A stretch of DNA of 33,788 nucleotides, taken from Octopus bimaculoides (taxonomy: Eukaryota). The notes under the pieces are model-generated. The model did no database searches. It was not told the origin of the DNA and worked only from the letters and a program-made list of their open reading frames with translations. The stretch spans positions 118,335,455-118,369,242 of the forward strand of contig NC_068982.1 of assembly GCF_001194135.2 (NCBI RefSeq). Direction: 5' to 3'. Positions 10,541-22,034 of the stretch are shown piece after piece. Every line of letters begins with the position of its first letter. The first letter of the stretch is position 1. The translations under genes and the position numbers were made by a program.

Positions 10541-13020
10541 CAAGACAGTCTTTGTACTGGTCAAATTATGCAACGTGCTCGCAAACGCAAGTGGTCTGTT
10601 GATATGAACAAAAAAGCGATCCAGTGCCATGAAAAGGCCTTGCTAGACAAGAACAATAGCAAATGTAAAGCTGTCGGAAAAAGATCAATAGAACTTTGGA
10701 AGCAGCTGAGTATATTCGAGATTACTGAAAATAGACTTAGGAATCAGATAAGAGTAAATCTAAATAGAAGCTTTCTTAATGAGGTCCGGATTCAGACAAT
10801 CAGGAAAAGCTTCTGTAGCGGGGTGAACCTCTCTAGGAGAATAACGCAGCTGAACATCAGCGAATGCGTGGCCAAGATGTAATTGTAGTAGAGAAGAGGT
10901 CGGCCAATCAATATAATGTAGAAAACAATGAAATAAGAGAGGATATGACTGAGGAACAGAGAAGCCACAAGAAAAGACTCGAGGATATAATAATTACAAG
11001 AAGAGAGACTAAGCCGATTAATATAAGAAGCTTCGACTGCAACAACGTGAAATGTGCGACCAAAAAGTTGATGAGATTCTGAAATACATTCTGACAAAAG
11101 ATCTAACGGAAACAAGGGACTTGATCAGATCCATTTCAATTTTAATAGGTGAATTGGTTGGAAAGGAAAGTGGAAAGTAAAGAGACACAATGAGCCATGG
11201 TGGAAGGGGAAAATTAAAGGCGATATTCTTACTCTGGGTAAAGATCAGAGATACATAGAAGAGTGGTCCGAAGGGCAACGGAAAAATGGAAAAGAAAATG
11301 CAAGGGCACATCTTGATGCGAAGTAGCAAATAGAAAAGAAAGGTTTCAAAATTGTCTCCGAGATCCTAAAGCGACATGTGCGGGCTAAAACATTAAAGGT
11401 ACAGCACTACACTGATCGCATATCTCAGTTACAACAGAACTGGTTGTACATAAATAACCAGAAGCAGATTTTTAAAAGCGTAGGAGGAAATACACAAGAT
11501 AATGCACCTCCTCTTTATGGATGATTTAAAACTGTTCGCAGAATCAGAGCCTGAAATGGAGAGGCTGGTTGAGACTGAGCAAATGTGCATCAAGAATATA
11601 GGGATGGAATTCGGTATCTCGAAAGGTGTGGTGCTTACTTTGAAGCGGAGGAAAAGTGTGAATTGTAGGAGCATAGAATTGTCAAACGGAGAATGGAAGA
11701 ATGGGTATAAGTATCTTGGGATCCTGCAGCCGGACAATATCTTGCACAAAGAAATGAAAGACAAGGTCATCACTGCATATTTCAAGCTCTTCAAACTTCT
11801 GTTGAAATCAAAAATCAACTCAAGGAACCTTGTGACTGCTATCAACATCTTGGCGGTTGCTGTACTCAGCTATATTTCACCCATCCTGAAATGGACACAA
11901 GCGGAGATTGACCAACTCAATTGCAACTCAATTGCAACCCGAAAGACAATGACAAAACACGGTGCCCTCTATCTTAAGGCAAATAAACACAGGCTCTACA
12001 TGAAGAGAGGTAAAGGTGGGCATGAGCTGATTAGCGTACGGGAGTGCATCAAAGATGAAAGGAGAAACATGACAGAATCTTTGGTAAGCAGCAAACAAGA
12101 CCTACTATAGTATGCAGCTAGTGCAGAAGGAGTGAACAAAAATGGACTTGAGAGTGCTCATGAATTCTGATCAAGAACAGACAACGAGAGAGAAGAAACC
12201 CTTTTCTGTATGGAGTTATAGAGTAAGTTCCACCGTAAAACCAACAAATTAAATGACCAGGAAGCACCATGTAGGCGGCTCGACAACGGTGACCTGAAAA
12301 AGTATACCGAAAACTCAGGAATACATCAATGCCCAGGACCAGGCATTGAATACCAGCTCAGTAATATATATATATATATATATCACACAAGTGCAACGTA
12401 ACTCTGCAGGATGTGTGAAAAGAGGGTCGAAAGCGTGACTCACATAGTTAGTGCTTGTGAAATTCTTCCGCAGAAATATTACAAGCGCAGACACGACAAG
12501 GTAGCCCTTGCTTCTATGCCGTAACTATGGATATGAGGTTATAGGTGCTTGGTACCAACATACCCCGAAAAGCGATGGACGAAAAGTGGAAGGCAAAAAT
12601 ACTGGATATAGTAACCTTTACGGGGTAGAAACAAAAGTGTCTAATAATTGACGTAGCAGTGTCAGGAGATCAACATATCATCATGAAAGAGAGTGAAACT
12701 ATTGATAAATATGGAGACCTGAGAATTGAATTCGCTAAGATGTGGCAGCTACGAGAATCAAATATAAATGTAATCCCTTTTGTTATCAGAGCATTGGGTT
12801 CAATTCCACCCAATCTAAAAAAAAAAATATCTGCAAGCTTTAGAAATACCCTACAATCTAGATGTATTGCAAAAGTCGGCATTACTTGGAACTGCACACA
12901 TATCGTGTAAAGTAATGTCTGACTGAATTCCTTGTTGTGACCTGACGAACAGTACGAACCCTCGGTAGACACAATATCTTCAATCAACAACCTCATGACG
13001 TTGTATACTGTGCGACGTCT
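10541..13020 (+). mobile_element. Decayed R4/Dong-clade non-LTR retrotransposon (RT, CCHC zinc finger, restriction-like endonuclease) with internal deletions
   Basis: N-terminal RKRKWS...LWKQLSIFEITENRLRNQIR (10568-10882); NEPWWKGKI...KVQHYTDRISQLQQN (about 11190-11500); RT HLLFMDDLKLF...MEFGISK...GYKYLGIL...INSRNLVTAIN...RLYMKRGKGG (11502-12110); CRMCEKRVESVTHIVSAC...RHD (12405-12497); endonuclease KCLIIDVAVSGD...KESETIDKYGDL...VIPFVIRALG...LQKSALLGTAHI, stop at 12924-12926; short 3' UTR, then (AAT)n. Many stops and frameshifts. Confidence 0.93.
12364..12383. repeat. (AT)n inside the LINE coding region
   Basis: gtaatatatatatatatatatatcacac lies between the QDQALNT-like motif and the CCHC finger. 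Confidence 0.95.
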
Positions 13021-13050
13021 ATAATAACAATAATAATAATAATAATAATC

Positions 13051-13087
<37 letters not shown>

Positions 13088-13165
13088 TAACAATGATAAT
13101 AATGAGAAGAAAAAGAAGTAGAACAACAACAACATCGACGACGACAACAACAACAGCAAAAAGAA
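13021..13165. repeat. Compound (AAT)n/(AAG)/(AAC)/(GAC) repeat; 3' tail or target of the R4/Dong element
   Basis: Seen directly, starting immediately after the element's 3' end. Confidence 0.96.
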
Positions 13166-13640
13166 AATGATGATCATTAGATAATCGTCTTGTCACCTAC
13201 ATATAAGTGAAAGTCGTGGGATATGGTGTCAAGTATGTCACTGATATATAAAAGAATAAAAGTGGGAGACANNNNNNNNNNNNNNNNNNNNNNNNNNNNN
13301 NNNNNNNNNNNNNNNNNNNNNNNNNNNNNNNNNNNNNNNNNNNNNNNNNNNNNNNNNNNNNNNNNNNNNNNNNNNNNNNNNNNNNNNNNNNNNNNNNNNN
13401 NNNNNNNNNNNNNNNNNNNNNNNNNNNNNNNNNNNNNNNNNNNNNNNNNNNNNNNNNNNNNNNNNNNNNNNNNNNNNNNNNNNNNNNNNNNNNNNNNNNN
13501 NNNNNNNNNNNNNNNNNNNNNNNNNNNNNNNNNNNNNNNNNNNNNNNNNNNNNNNNNNNNNNNNNNNNNNNNNNNNNNNNNNNNNNNNNNNNNNNNNNNN
13601 NNNNNNNNNNNNNNNNNNNNNNNNNNNNNNNNNNNNNNNN

Positions 13641-13671
13641 AATAATAATATTAATAATAATAGTAGTAGTA

Positions 13672-13742
<71 letters not shown>

Positions 13743-14015
13743 AAGAAGAAGAAGAAGAAGAAGAAGAAGAAGAAGAAGAAGAAAAAGAAGAAGAAGAAGA
13801 AGAAGAAGACGAAGAAGAGGGCTGGACAAAAAGAAGATGAAAGATAACGAAAAGAAGGAGAAGAAAAAAGAAGAGGTGAGGAATCGGAGTAAAATGTAAA
13901 AGATAAACAAGAAATCGGACATGAATGAGGAAGAGAAGGAAGGGGAAGAGGAGGAGAAGGAGGAGGAGGGGAAGAGGAGGGGAAGATGAGGGGAAGATGA
14001 GGGGTGTGGAAGAAG
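13641..14015. repeat. Compound (AAT)n-(AGT)-(AAT)n-(AAG)n followed by a purine-rich GAG/GAA tract
   Basis: Seen directly; (AAG)n from about 13712 to 13810. Confidence 0.97.
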
Positions 14016-14059
14016 GAAAAGCTACTGCTGCTAGTGCACACACTACTGAAACATTTCGT

Positions 14060-14450
14060 CTTGCATGCACAGAGAAAGAACTATAATCATTATGTGGGAT
14101 TTTTAGGAGTGTGAATGCGAGACTTCAAACGCCATAGAGGGAAATTAATACGAGACGTTACTGTGGGATCTGCAAAAAAGAATGGATCACATGCCACATG
14201 TCAGAGTGGACAACAAGCAGATACTATGCATTGTGGTCGACGTAGCACGCCAATGGGACACTGAAATATAAAGAGAGGAAAAAGACAGCAAAAGATTATG
14301 ATAACGACATGAAATATAAAAACCTTAACAGGTGGGCCGGTGATTTGAAAGCAGAAAAATGTGACAACGATTTTTTTTTTAATGACCTTTAATATGGGGA
14401 TATCTGCAATGCAGAGAAACTGTCTTCTAAAGTATAAAATGCCCCTAGTT
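14060..14450 (+). mobile_element. Older, highly decayed R4/Dong-like 3' fragment (endonuclease region)
   Basis: 14161-14271 reads LWDLQKRMDHMPHVRVDNKQILCIVVDVARQWDTEI*, matching the LWD...D...C.I.DVA.P.D...KE pattern. KYKNL and ISAMQRNCLL follow, resembling the KY..L and QK..LLGT motifs. Similarity judged by eye. Confidence 0.55.
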
Positions 14451-14507
14451 CTAGACAAGAAGTGGTTCGACAGGAAGCACTTTTTAACTGGAAACAACGG
14501 AACATGC

Positions 14508-14581
<74 letters not shown>

Positions 14582-14650
14582 GTAGCAGCAGCAGCAGCAG
14601 CAGAAACAGCAACAGCAACAACAACAAGATCAACAGTGACAACAACACAA
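14508..14650. repeat. (CAT)n followed in register by (CAG)n and (CAA)-rich repeat
   Basis: Seen directly: (CAT)n 14508-14580, then cag tag cag cag...caa caa. Confidence 0.97.
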
Positions 14651-14699
14651 ACACTATTGCTTTGTATATTTATGTAGGTAGATAGTAACACACACACGT

Positions 14700-14865
14700 A
14701 CATTCATACATGCATATATGTATATGTACATAACACGTATATCCATATATCCATCCATCCATCAATCTATCCATCCACATATCCATACATACAGCCTGTA
14801 TACATGCATACATGCATACATACATACATACATACATACATACATACATACATACATACATACAA
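14700..14865. repeat. Compound ATCC/ATAC tetranucleotide repeats; (TACA)n about 14809-14862
   Basis: Seen directly. Confidence 0.95.
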
Positions 14866-14932
14866 ATATTCATACACACCTATTCTCTACTTTTTTCCCT
14901 GGAAAACGAACGTTGCTATATATTTCATGCGG

Positions 14933-15625
<693 letters not shown>

Positions 15626-15910
15626 CAGAGATTTCGAATCATCGCAAATAAACATTACATTGAAAGCCATAAAGCGTACACTAGTAAACGCAATCATATA
15701 CACAGAGGATACATAAATATACACATACACACTTATTAACACAGACACATATACTGACACATAAACACGCCTAAACACCAGAACTCACACAGCTAATCTC
15801 AAACACTTGTAGTTCATACGTCAATGCACGTATCCTCAAAACAGTGAAAACGCTTAAACACAGCACAACATAATTTCCAATTCCATCTTGCGTAGCCTAT
15901 AGACATATGT

Positions 15911-15967
15911 ACGTATGTATGTATGTATGTATGTATGTATGTATGTATGTATGTATGTATGTATGTA
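15911..15967. repeat. (TATG)n
   Basis: Seen directly. Confidence 0.97.
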
Positions 15968-16417
15968 CGTATATACACACACATATATAGGTGAAGTTCT
16001 TCAGGGCTTATATTCGAGTGGACTGACACTCAATAATAGGCAGAATACCAAAGGAATTTGAATGAATAGGTAAATATAACTTATATAAAAGAATGCCCGA
16101 CGGTTCTTACAAATATTTTAATACTATCCGAATTTTTTCAGAAAACAATAAAATTGAAACATTTGCACAACCGATGAAGCATTCGAAAAAATATTATATA
16201 TGCATACAGGTACACACACGTATATGCAAACATGCATATACTCACATATGTAAATATACATATATTCATACGTAAGTACATACATACATTTATGCAGTTA
16301 TAAGAATAATGTATTATCAGTAGCAGTAGTACTAACTTCAACAATACAGTTGCGCATATCTTATATTGTTCCTGTTTTCGAATTTCCCAGGCAACGTTTT
16401 GTCTATCTGTGTCTATC

Positions 16418-16423
16418 TGTGTG

Positions 16424-16508
<85 letters not shown>

Positions 16509-16703
16509 TTTCCCTGCGTGTGCCTTTCTGTGAATTCATATGCTTTTCTCTCTGCTTTGTTTTCGATCTCTCTGAATCCCATTCTCTTACACGCACGCAC
16601 ACACGCACGCACACGCACACACTCACGCACTCACACATGCACACACACACATACACACACACACACATACACACACACCCACACATACACACACACCCAC
16701 ACA
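16418..16703. repeat. (GT)n 16418-16503 and CA-rich tract 16588-16703, forming an inverted pair
   Basis: Seen directly; spacer of about 85 bp. Confidence 0.95.
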
Positions 16704-17092
16704 CAAATGAACATACTCATATTCCTTCCTACTGTCATAAAGGCATATTAGGTATTGTAGAGGCAGTATACAGTATACTACGTCTGATTAAAAGTAAGTG
16801 ACAGATAAAATGTCATTGATCATATATCTCTAGGATCAGAGATTACTTTAGGCTACACTACAACAACTAACAATAAATAATAACTGCAACAACATTTTTC
16901 AGAACTGTAAAAACTATTGCAACGGCAAAATATCAGCAATAAATGACATTACTACAGTCTCGTAACACGCACTCATTTATTGCACGCACGATTCTCTTTC
17001 TCACTCATTGTGTTTTTTGTTTTTTTTTATCCTGTTTCAATTTCGATTTGCTCATGTCTGCCTCATTTCCACATATATGTCCATTGTAAGAC

Positions 17093-17169
17093 GATGAAAT
17101 GTCAGAATGGGTAGAGCATAGAATGTCTTGTGATTGTCGTTTTGGGTCTTTGCGCTCTGGATTCAAATC
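17093..17169 (+). mobile_element. Decayed tRNA-like SINE head fragment
   Basis: gatgaaatgtcagaatgggtagagc (A-box-like) ... ctctggattcaaatc (B-box-like); resembles the head of 17277-17502. Confidence 0.5.
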
Positions 17170-17276
17170 ATGTAGTATTCCCGATTAGGATTTTATCTCA
17201 TTATCCGTGTATGACGATAGGTAAGTTACTATTCCAATAGTGGAAATAATTCATTGTTATTTCAGTTACATACAAG

Positions 17277-17502
17277 TCAGTGAGTTGGTAGGATCTTTAG
17301 CAGGGCCGGGGAAAAGGTTTAACGGCATTTCGTCCGAGTTCTACTTCAAATTTCGCCGAGGTCTACTTCGCCTTTCATCATTTTGGGAGCGATAAAATAA
17401 GTACCAGGTGGGCACTGAGATTGAGGTAATCACTAGAGTCAATGTAATCGACTTATTCCACTCCTGAAATTGCTGGCTTTGTGTCATAATTTCAAATCAT
17501 TA
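17277..17502 (+). mobile_element. tRNA-derived SINE, near full length and decayed
   Basis: A-box-like tggtaggatc and B-box-like gttctacttcaaatt, then cgccgaggtctacttcgcctttcatc...gataaaataagtaccagg...gtaatcgactt...cctgaaattgctggctttgtgtc. Resembles an abundant Octopus SINE (from recall). Confidence 0.8.
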
Positions 17503-17558
17503 TTTTTGCACTATTGTTGTTGTTCTTATGATCTCTTATTGCATGTATACATATAGAT

Positions 17559-17570
17559 ATGCATGTGTGT

Positions 17571-17605
<35 letters not shown>

Positions 17606-17699
17606 TGTGTGTGTGTGCGTGCGTGTATATATATATATATATGTATGTATATATATATACATATGTATGTATGTATGTATATATATACATATATATATA
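17559..17699. repeat. Compound (GT)n/(AT)n/(ATGT)n running into a gap
   Basis: Seen directly. Confidence 0.96.
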
Positions 17700-17848
17700 N
17701 NNNNNNNNNNNNNNNNNNNNNNNNNNNNNNNNNNNNNNNNNNNNNNNNNNNNNNNNNNNNNNNNNNNNNNNNNNNNNNNNNNNNNNNNNNNNNNNNNNNN
17801 NNNNNNNNNNNNATATATATCAGAGGTTACTCCAAGTTATCAGTAGCA

Positions 17849-18580
17849 CTCGGGCTCATCACAGATTTCGCATAAGACACAAGCCTGCTGGAAGAATTTC
17901 ACGTTTTTCCGCAATATTTCTACCCTCAAATGGCTTACATTTTATATCTACCACTATGCATTTCTACATTTCCAAGTTAAGGATAAAAATAAAGCAACCC
18001 TGAAAAACTCAACTGATCTTTACACACAGACGCACAGAATAACGACAGTGGAGTGCACAACAAACATCAGCGATCTGACTGTAACCGTACACTTGGCAAG
18101 AGGTGCCAGTTAATCAGTTTCACCTACCAGGCTCGTTCGTACTAGCCCGAGTTGCTGGAAATTTTTTGTTACTTTAAGAATATTGAAGAACGGCAACTTT
18201 CCATAGATTAAAATTTAAATACAAATCTCTACAGAAATTTATTGTTTCAAGAAAATTTTGAATCTGGATTACTTTTGATTTTTATGATTAAAGATAAGAA
18301 CTCGGGCTGTAACTTCTTTTGAGACCAAGTCAAGCGCGTGTGAATGATGTCGACAGAACGTCTGCTATAAATAATATATGTTTGACACAGGGCAGATTTA
18401 AAACGACCACAAGACTAAATGAAAAATTAATGAAAATAAATGAACTGCGACTAGGCTCAATAAAAGGAGCCCGAGATACTGGCTGAAACTACATGTTTGA
18501 AATCAGTGTTGGCAGAAATTAATCTGCTTGCAAATACACTTTATGAAATTTATACTCGGGCTAAGCCCTTAAAGCCCAAG
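17849..18580. promoter_or_regulatory. Homotypic cluster of CTCGGGCT motifs; candidate protein-binding cluster, function unknown
   Basis: Exact copies at 17849(+), 18144(-), 18301(+), 18468(-) and 18555(+); a one-mismatch copy agcccaag at 18573(-). Four of the five extend to ACTCGGGCT. The motif is certain; the regulatory role is inference. Confidence 0.45.
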
Positions 18581-18584
18581 AACC

Positions 18585-18625
18585 GGAGTCACTACTATTT
18601 ATATATATATAACAGTAGTGACTCC
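18585..18625. repeat. Perfect 12-bp inverted repeat with a 17-nt AT-rich loop
   Basis: ggagtcactact (18585-18596) and agtagtgactcc (18614-18625). Confidence 0.95.
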
Positions 18626-18629
18626 AGTA

Positions 18630-18860
18630 TACTCTTTTACTCTTTTACTTGTTTCAGTCATTTGACTGCGGCCATGCTGGAGCACCGCCTTTAGTCGAGC
18701 AAATCGACCCCAGGACTTATTCTTTGTAAGCCTAGTACTTATTCTATTGGTCTCTTTTGCCGAACCGCTAAGTTACGGGGACGTAAACACACCACCATCG
18801 GTTGTCAAGCGATGTTGGGGGGGACAAACACAGACACACAAAACACACATGCACACACAC
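18630..18860 (-). mobile_element. SINE 3' half with (AAAAGAGT)n tail, running into a CA microsatellite and gap
   Basis: tactcttttactcttttacttgtttcagtcatttgactgcggccatgctggagcaccgcc...gtaagcctagtacttattctat...ccgctaagttacggggac; highly similar to the reverse complement of 22338-22485. Resembles a very abundant Octopus repeat (from recall). Confidence 0.88.
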
Positions 18861-19663
18861 NNNNNNNNNNNNNNNNNNNNNNNNNNNNNNNNNNNNNNNN
18901 NNNNNNNNNNNNNNNNNNNNNNNNNNNNNNNNNNNNNNNNNNNNNNNNNNNNNNNNNNNNNNNNNNNNNNNNNNNNNNNNNNNNNNNNNNNNNNNNNNNN
19001 NNNNNNNNNNNNNNNNNNNNNNNNNNNNNNNNNNNNNNNNNNNNNNNNNNNNNNNNNNNNNNNNNNNNNNNNNNNNNNNNNNNNNNNNNNNNNNNNNNNN
19101 NNNNNNNNNNNNNNNNNNNNNNNNNNNNNNNNNNNNNNNNNNNNNNNNNNNNNNNNNNNNNNNNNNNNNNNNNNNNNNNNNNNNNNNNNNNNNNNNNNNN
19201 NNNNNNNNNNNNNNNNNNNNNNNNNNNNNNNNNNNNNNNNNNNNNNNNNNNNNNNNNNNNNNNNNNNNNNNNNNNNNNNNNNNNNNNNNNNNNNNNNNNN
19301 NNNNNNNNNNNNNNNNNNNNNNNNNNNNNNNNNNNNNNNNNNNNNNNNNNNNNNNNNNNNNNNNNNNNNNNNNNNNNNNNNNNNNNNNNNNNNNNNNNNN
19401 NNNNNNNNNNNNNNNNNNNNNNNNNNNNNNNNNNNNNNNNNNNNNNNNNNNNNNNNNNNNNNNNNNNNNNNNNNNNNNNNNNNNNNNNNNNNNNNNNNNN
19501 NNNNNNNNNNNNNNNNNNNNNNNNNNNNNNNNNNNNNNNNNNNNNNNNNNNNNNNNNNNNNNNNNNNNNNNNNNNNNNNNNNNNNNNNNNNNNNNNNNNN
19601 NNNNNNNNNNNNNNNNNNNNNNNNNNNNNNNNNNNNNNNNNNNNNNNNNNNNNNNNNNNNNNN

Positions 19664-19740
19664 ATATATATATATACATACATACATACATACATACATA
19701 CATACATACATACACACACGTATACATACATATATATATA
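19664..19740. repeat. (AT)n/(TACA)n
   Basis: Seen directly. Confidence 0.95.
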
Positions 19741-20871
19741 ATTGATGAAAACACGCTATGGAGAACTCAGTGTATCTAGTGGGATATTTTGTTTACGCCA
19801 AGCGCCTGAAGTAACACAGGCTGCACTGATTGATGTAACACAACTAGATGCACAATACCCCAACCCCATGGGACAGATGCAGGATGAGCCGAAACGATCA
19901 TCGTGCTGAATAAGGAGTCGTACTAAATCCAACTTCCGTTTCCTTAACAAATACTGCGGATTTCCTGATGTCGACATACTAATAGACATGTGTGTGTGTA
20001 TGTTTGTGTGTGTGTGTGTGTGTGAGTTTGTGTCGTGTATGTGAGTGAAAAGGTCGTCCTTTTATTTTGGAGGGTTCCAAAAAATGATTTCTAATAAAGA
20101 TTCTTCATATTTTTGCTTGTAGCTTACTGGCGTAAGTTTGGGAAGATGAAAATAATACATGTATATGGTGTGTTATGGGAACTTATCCCATAGAACTCAA
20201 CAAATTTGTTAAAAATGGAGAAATGAGAATGTCAAAATTATGAAAGAATTTTAATGCATGCATACGATCGTTTCAAACAATGATATAAAAACATTCTAAT
20301 TCATGGTAGAATAATCAAATGAATTTGATTAAATTAAATTAATTATATATCACTGTTCTCCTCCGTGCAAGAAGTATAAACAAAAAATTATTATGACAGA
20401 GGATGATGTTCGTAATTTCCATAAGGATAAATATGTATATCCGAAATTGTTCTCAGCTATTTCCTGTATCAAATCATCTCTAATAATATTTTTTTTTATT
20501 TATACTTCATGCACTGAAGAGAAAAGTGATATATAATTAATTTACTTTAAACAAAGTAATTTAATTACTTTAGCATGAATTTGCATGTTTTAATATTGGT
20601 GCTTGAAACGATTCTTTCAAATTTTAACATCTTCTCATGTCCATTTTTAACAAATATATATATANNNNNNNNNNNNNNNNNNNNNNNNNNNNNNNNNNNN
20701 NNNNNNNNNNNNNNNNNNNNNNNNNNNNNNNNNNNNNNNNNNNNNNNNNNNNNNNNNNNNNNNNNNNNNNNNNNNNNNNNNNNNNNNNNNNNNNNNNNNN
20801 NNNNNNNNNNNNNNNNNNNNNNNNNNNNNNNNNNNNNNNNNNNNNNNNNNNNNNNNNNNNNNNNNNNNNNN

Positions 20872-20905
<34 letters not shown>

Positions 20906-22034
20906 TGTGTGTGAATGATTACACAGAGAGAGAAAGGGGTAGAGGGAGACAATATAACTACATGTACATATGTACATAAAACCACATATATATATATATA
21001 CATACAAACATGCGTCCTCGTACATAGACACGTATATATTTTACATACTTTCATTAATTACTAAATTGTTTTGGCATTCCAATGTCCAATTCTTTTCGTA
21101 TTCACTTACGCTGTATCGAGTTTTGAACTATGTTGAATGTAGACATGGTTGTGGAATTACTGGTTGAACATTTTATCTATGTTGATGTCGATGGAGAATA
21201 TATTTCCACGGCAGATATCTGTATATATTTACATGCATGTATATGCAATCTATATCATGTTCTGTCCGTTGGTGAATAGTCTAGTCCCACTATTGTATCA
21301 ATTTCTCTAGTTCGGTTGCTGGATCCATCCTACCACAATAAAGAGCAATGCTTATCAAGATGTTAAAGGGAGAAGTAACAGACTACAAAACAACCTGCAA
21401 CATTTCAATTATCAATGTCATTTCGGGCATGACTTGCAATCAATCCAAATGTCCACAGAGGTATCTCAGAGTATTCATTGTCCTATCGTTCCAATTTCCA
21501 AAAAAAAAACAAAAAACATATTACTCGTGAAGTAATGAACTAGTGCTAGTGTTAATTGCACGGCACGTTATTCCATTGATTACCGAGAACCTTTGATAGA
21601 ATTGACACTTTTATTAGGATTCTGCTAAGTCAAGGCTAGGATAAAAATTTTAAAAAACACATTTGATCCCTCATTACTTATTCGTTGAAGCGGAAAACTT
21701 AATACTACATTTCTCATCAGTTCATATTCGAAGATTTAGTACTGCACATCAAATGGCTTGTTCACTGACGTATACTTATTCTGTCTTGGCATAGTTCAGC
21801 ATCATCGTAGATATCATATAATAAATCGAAAGGCATCAAAAGCTTTTAGGCCATGAGTAAGAAGCTATTCTGTACATCGTAGATTTATAAAAATGGCGTC
21901 AATTTCTTGTGGGTGGAGCGACCACTTAGGCGCTTCCTTGCAGGTTCATAAATCCGACTCCCATGTTATATGCTGTATACATGAATTCTTAGCCGTGTTC
22001 TCACTTCTGTCCCATGTACCGTGTATACACACAA

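Noticed and set aside
14361-14703. Poly-His/poly-Gln, poly-Ser and poly-Asp ORFs
   Set aside because: These are translations of (CAT)n/(CAG)n. The His/Gln frame has a stop at 14583-14585 and there is no flanking domain or splice support.
18585-18640. Helitron 3' terminus at the hairpin
   Set aside because: There is no CTRR about 10 nt downstream on either strand, and the loop is long and AT-rich rather than compact.
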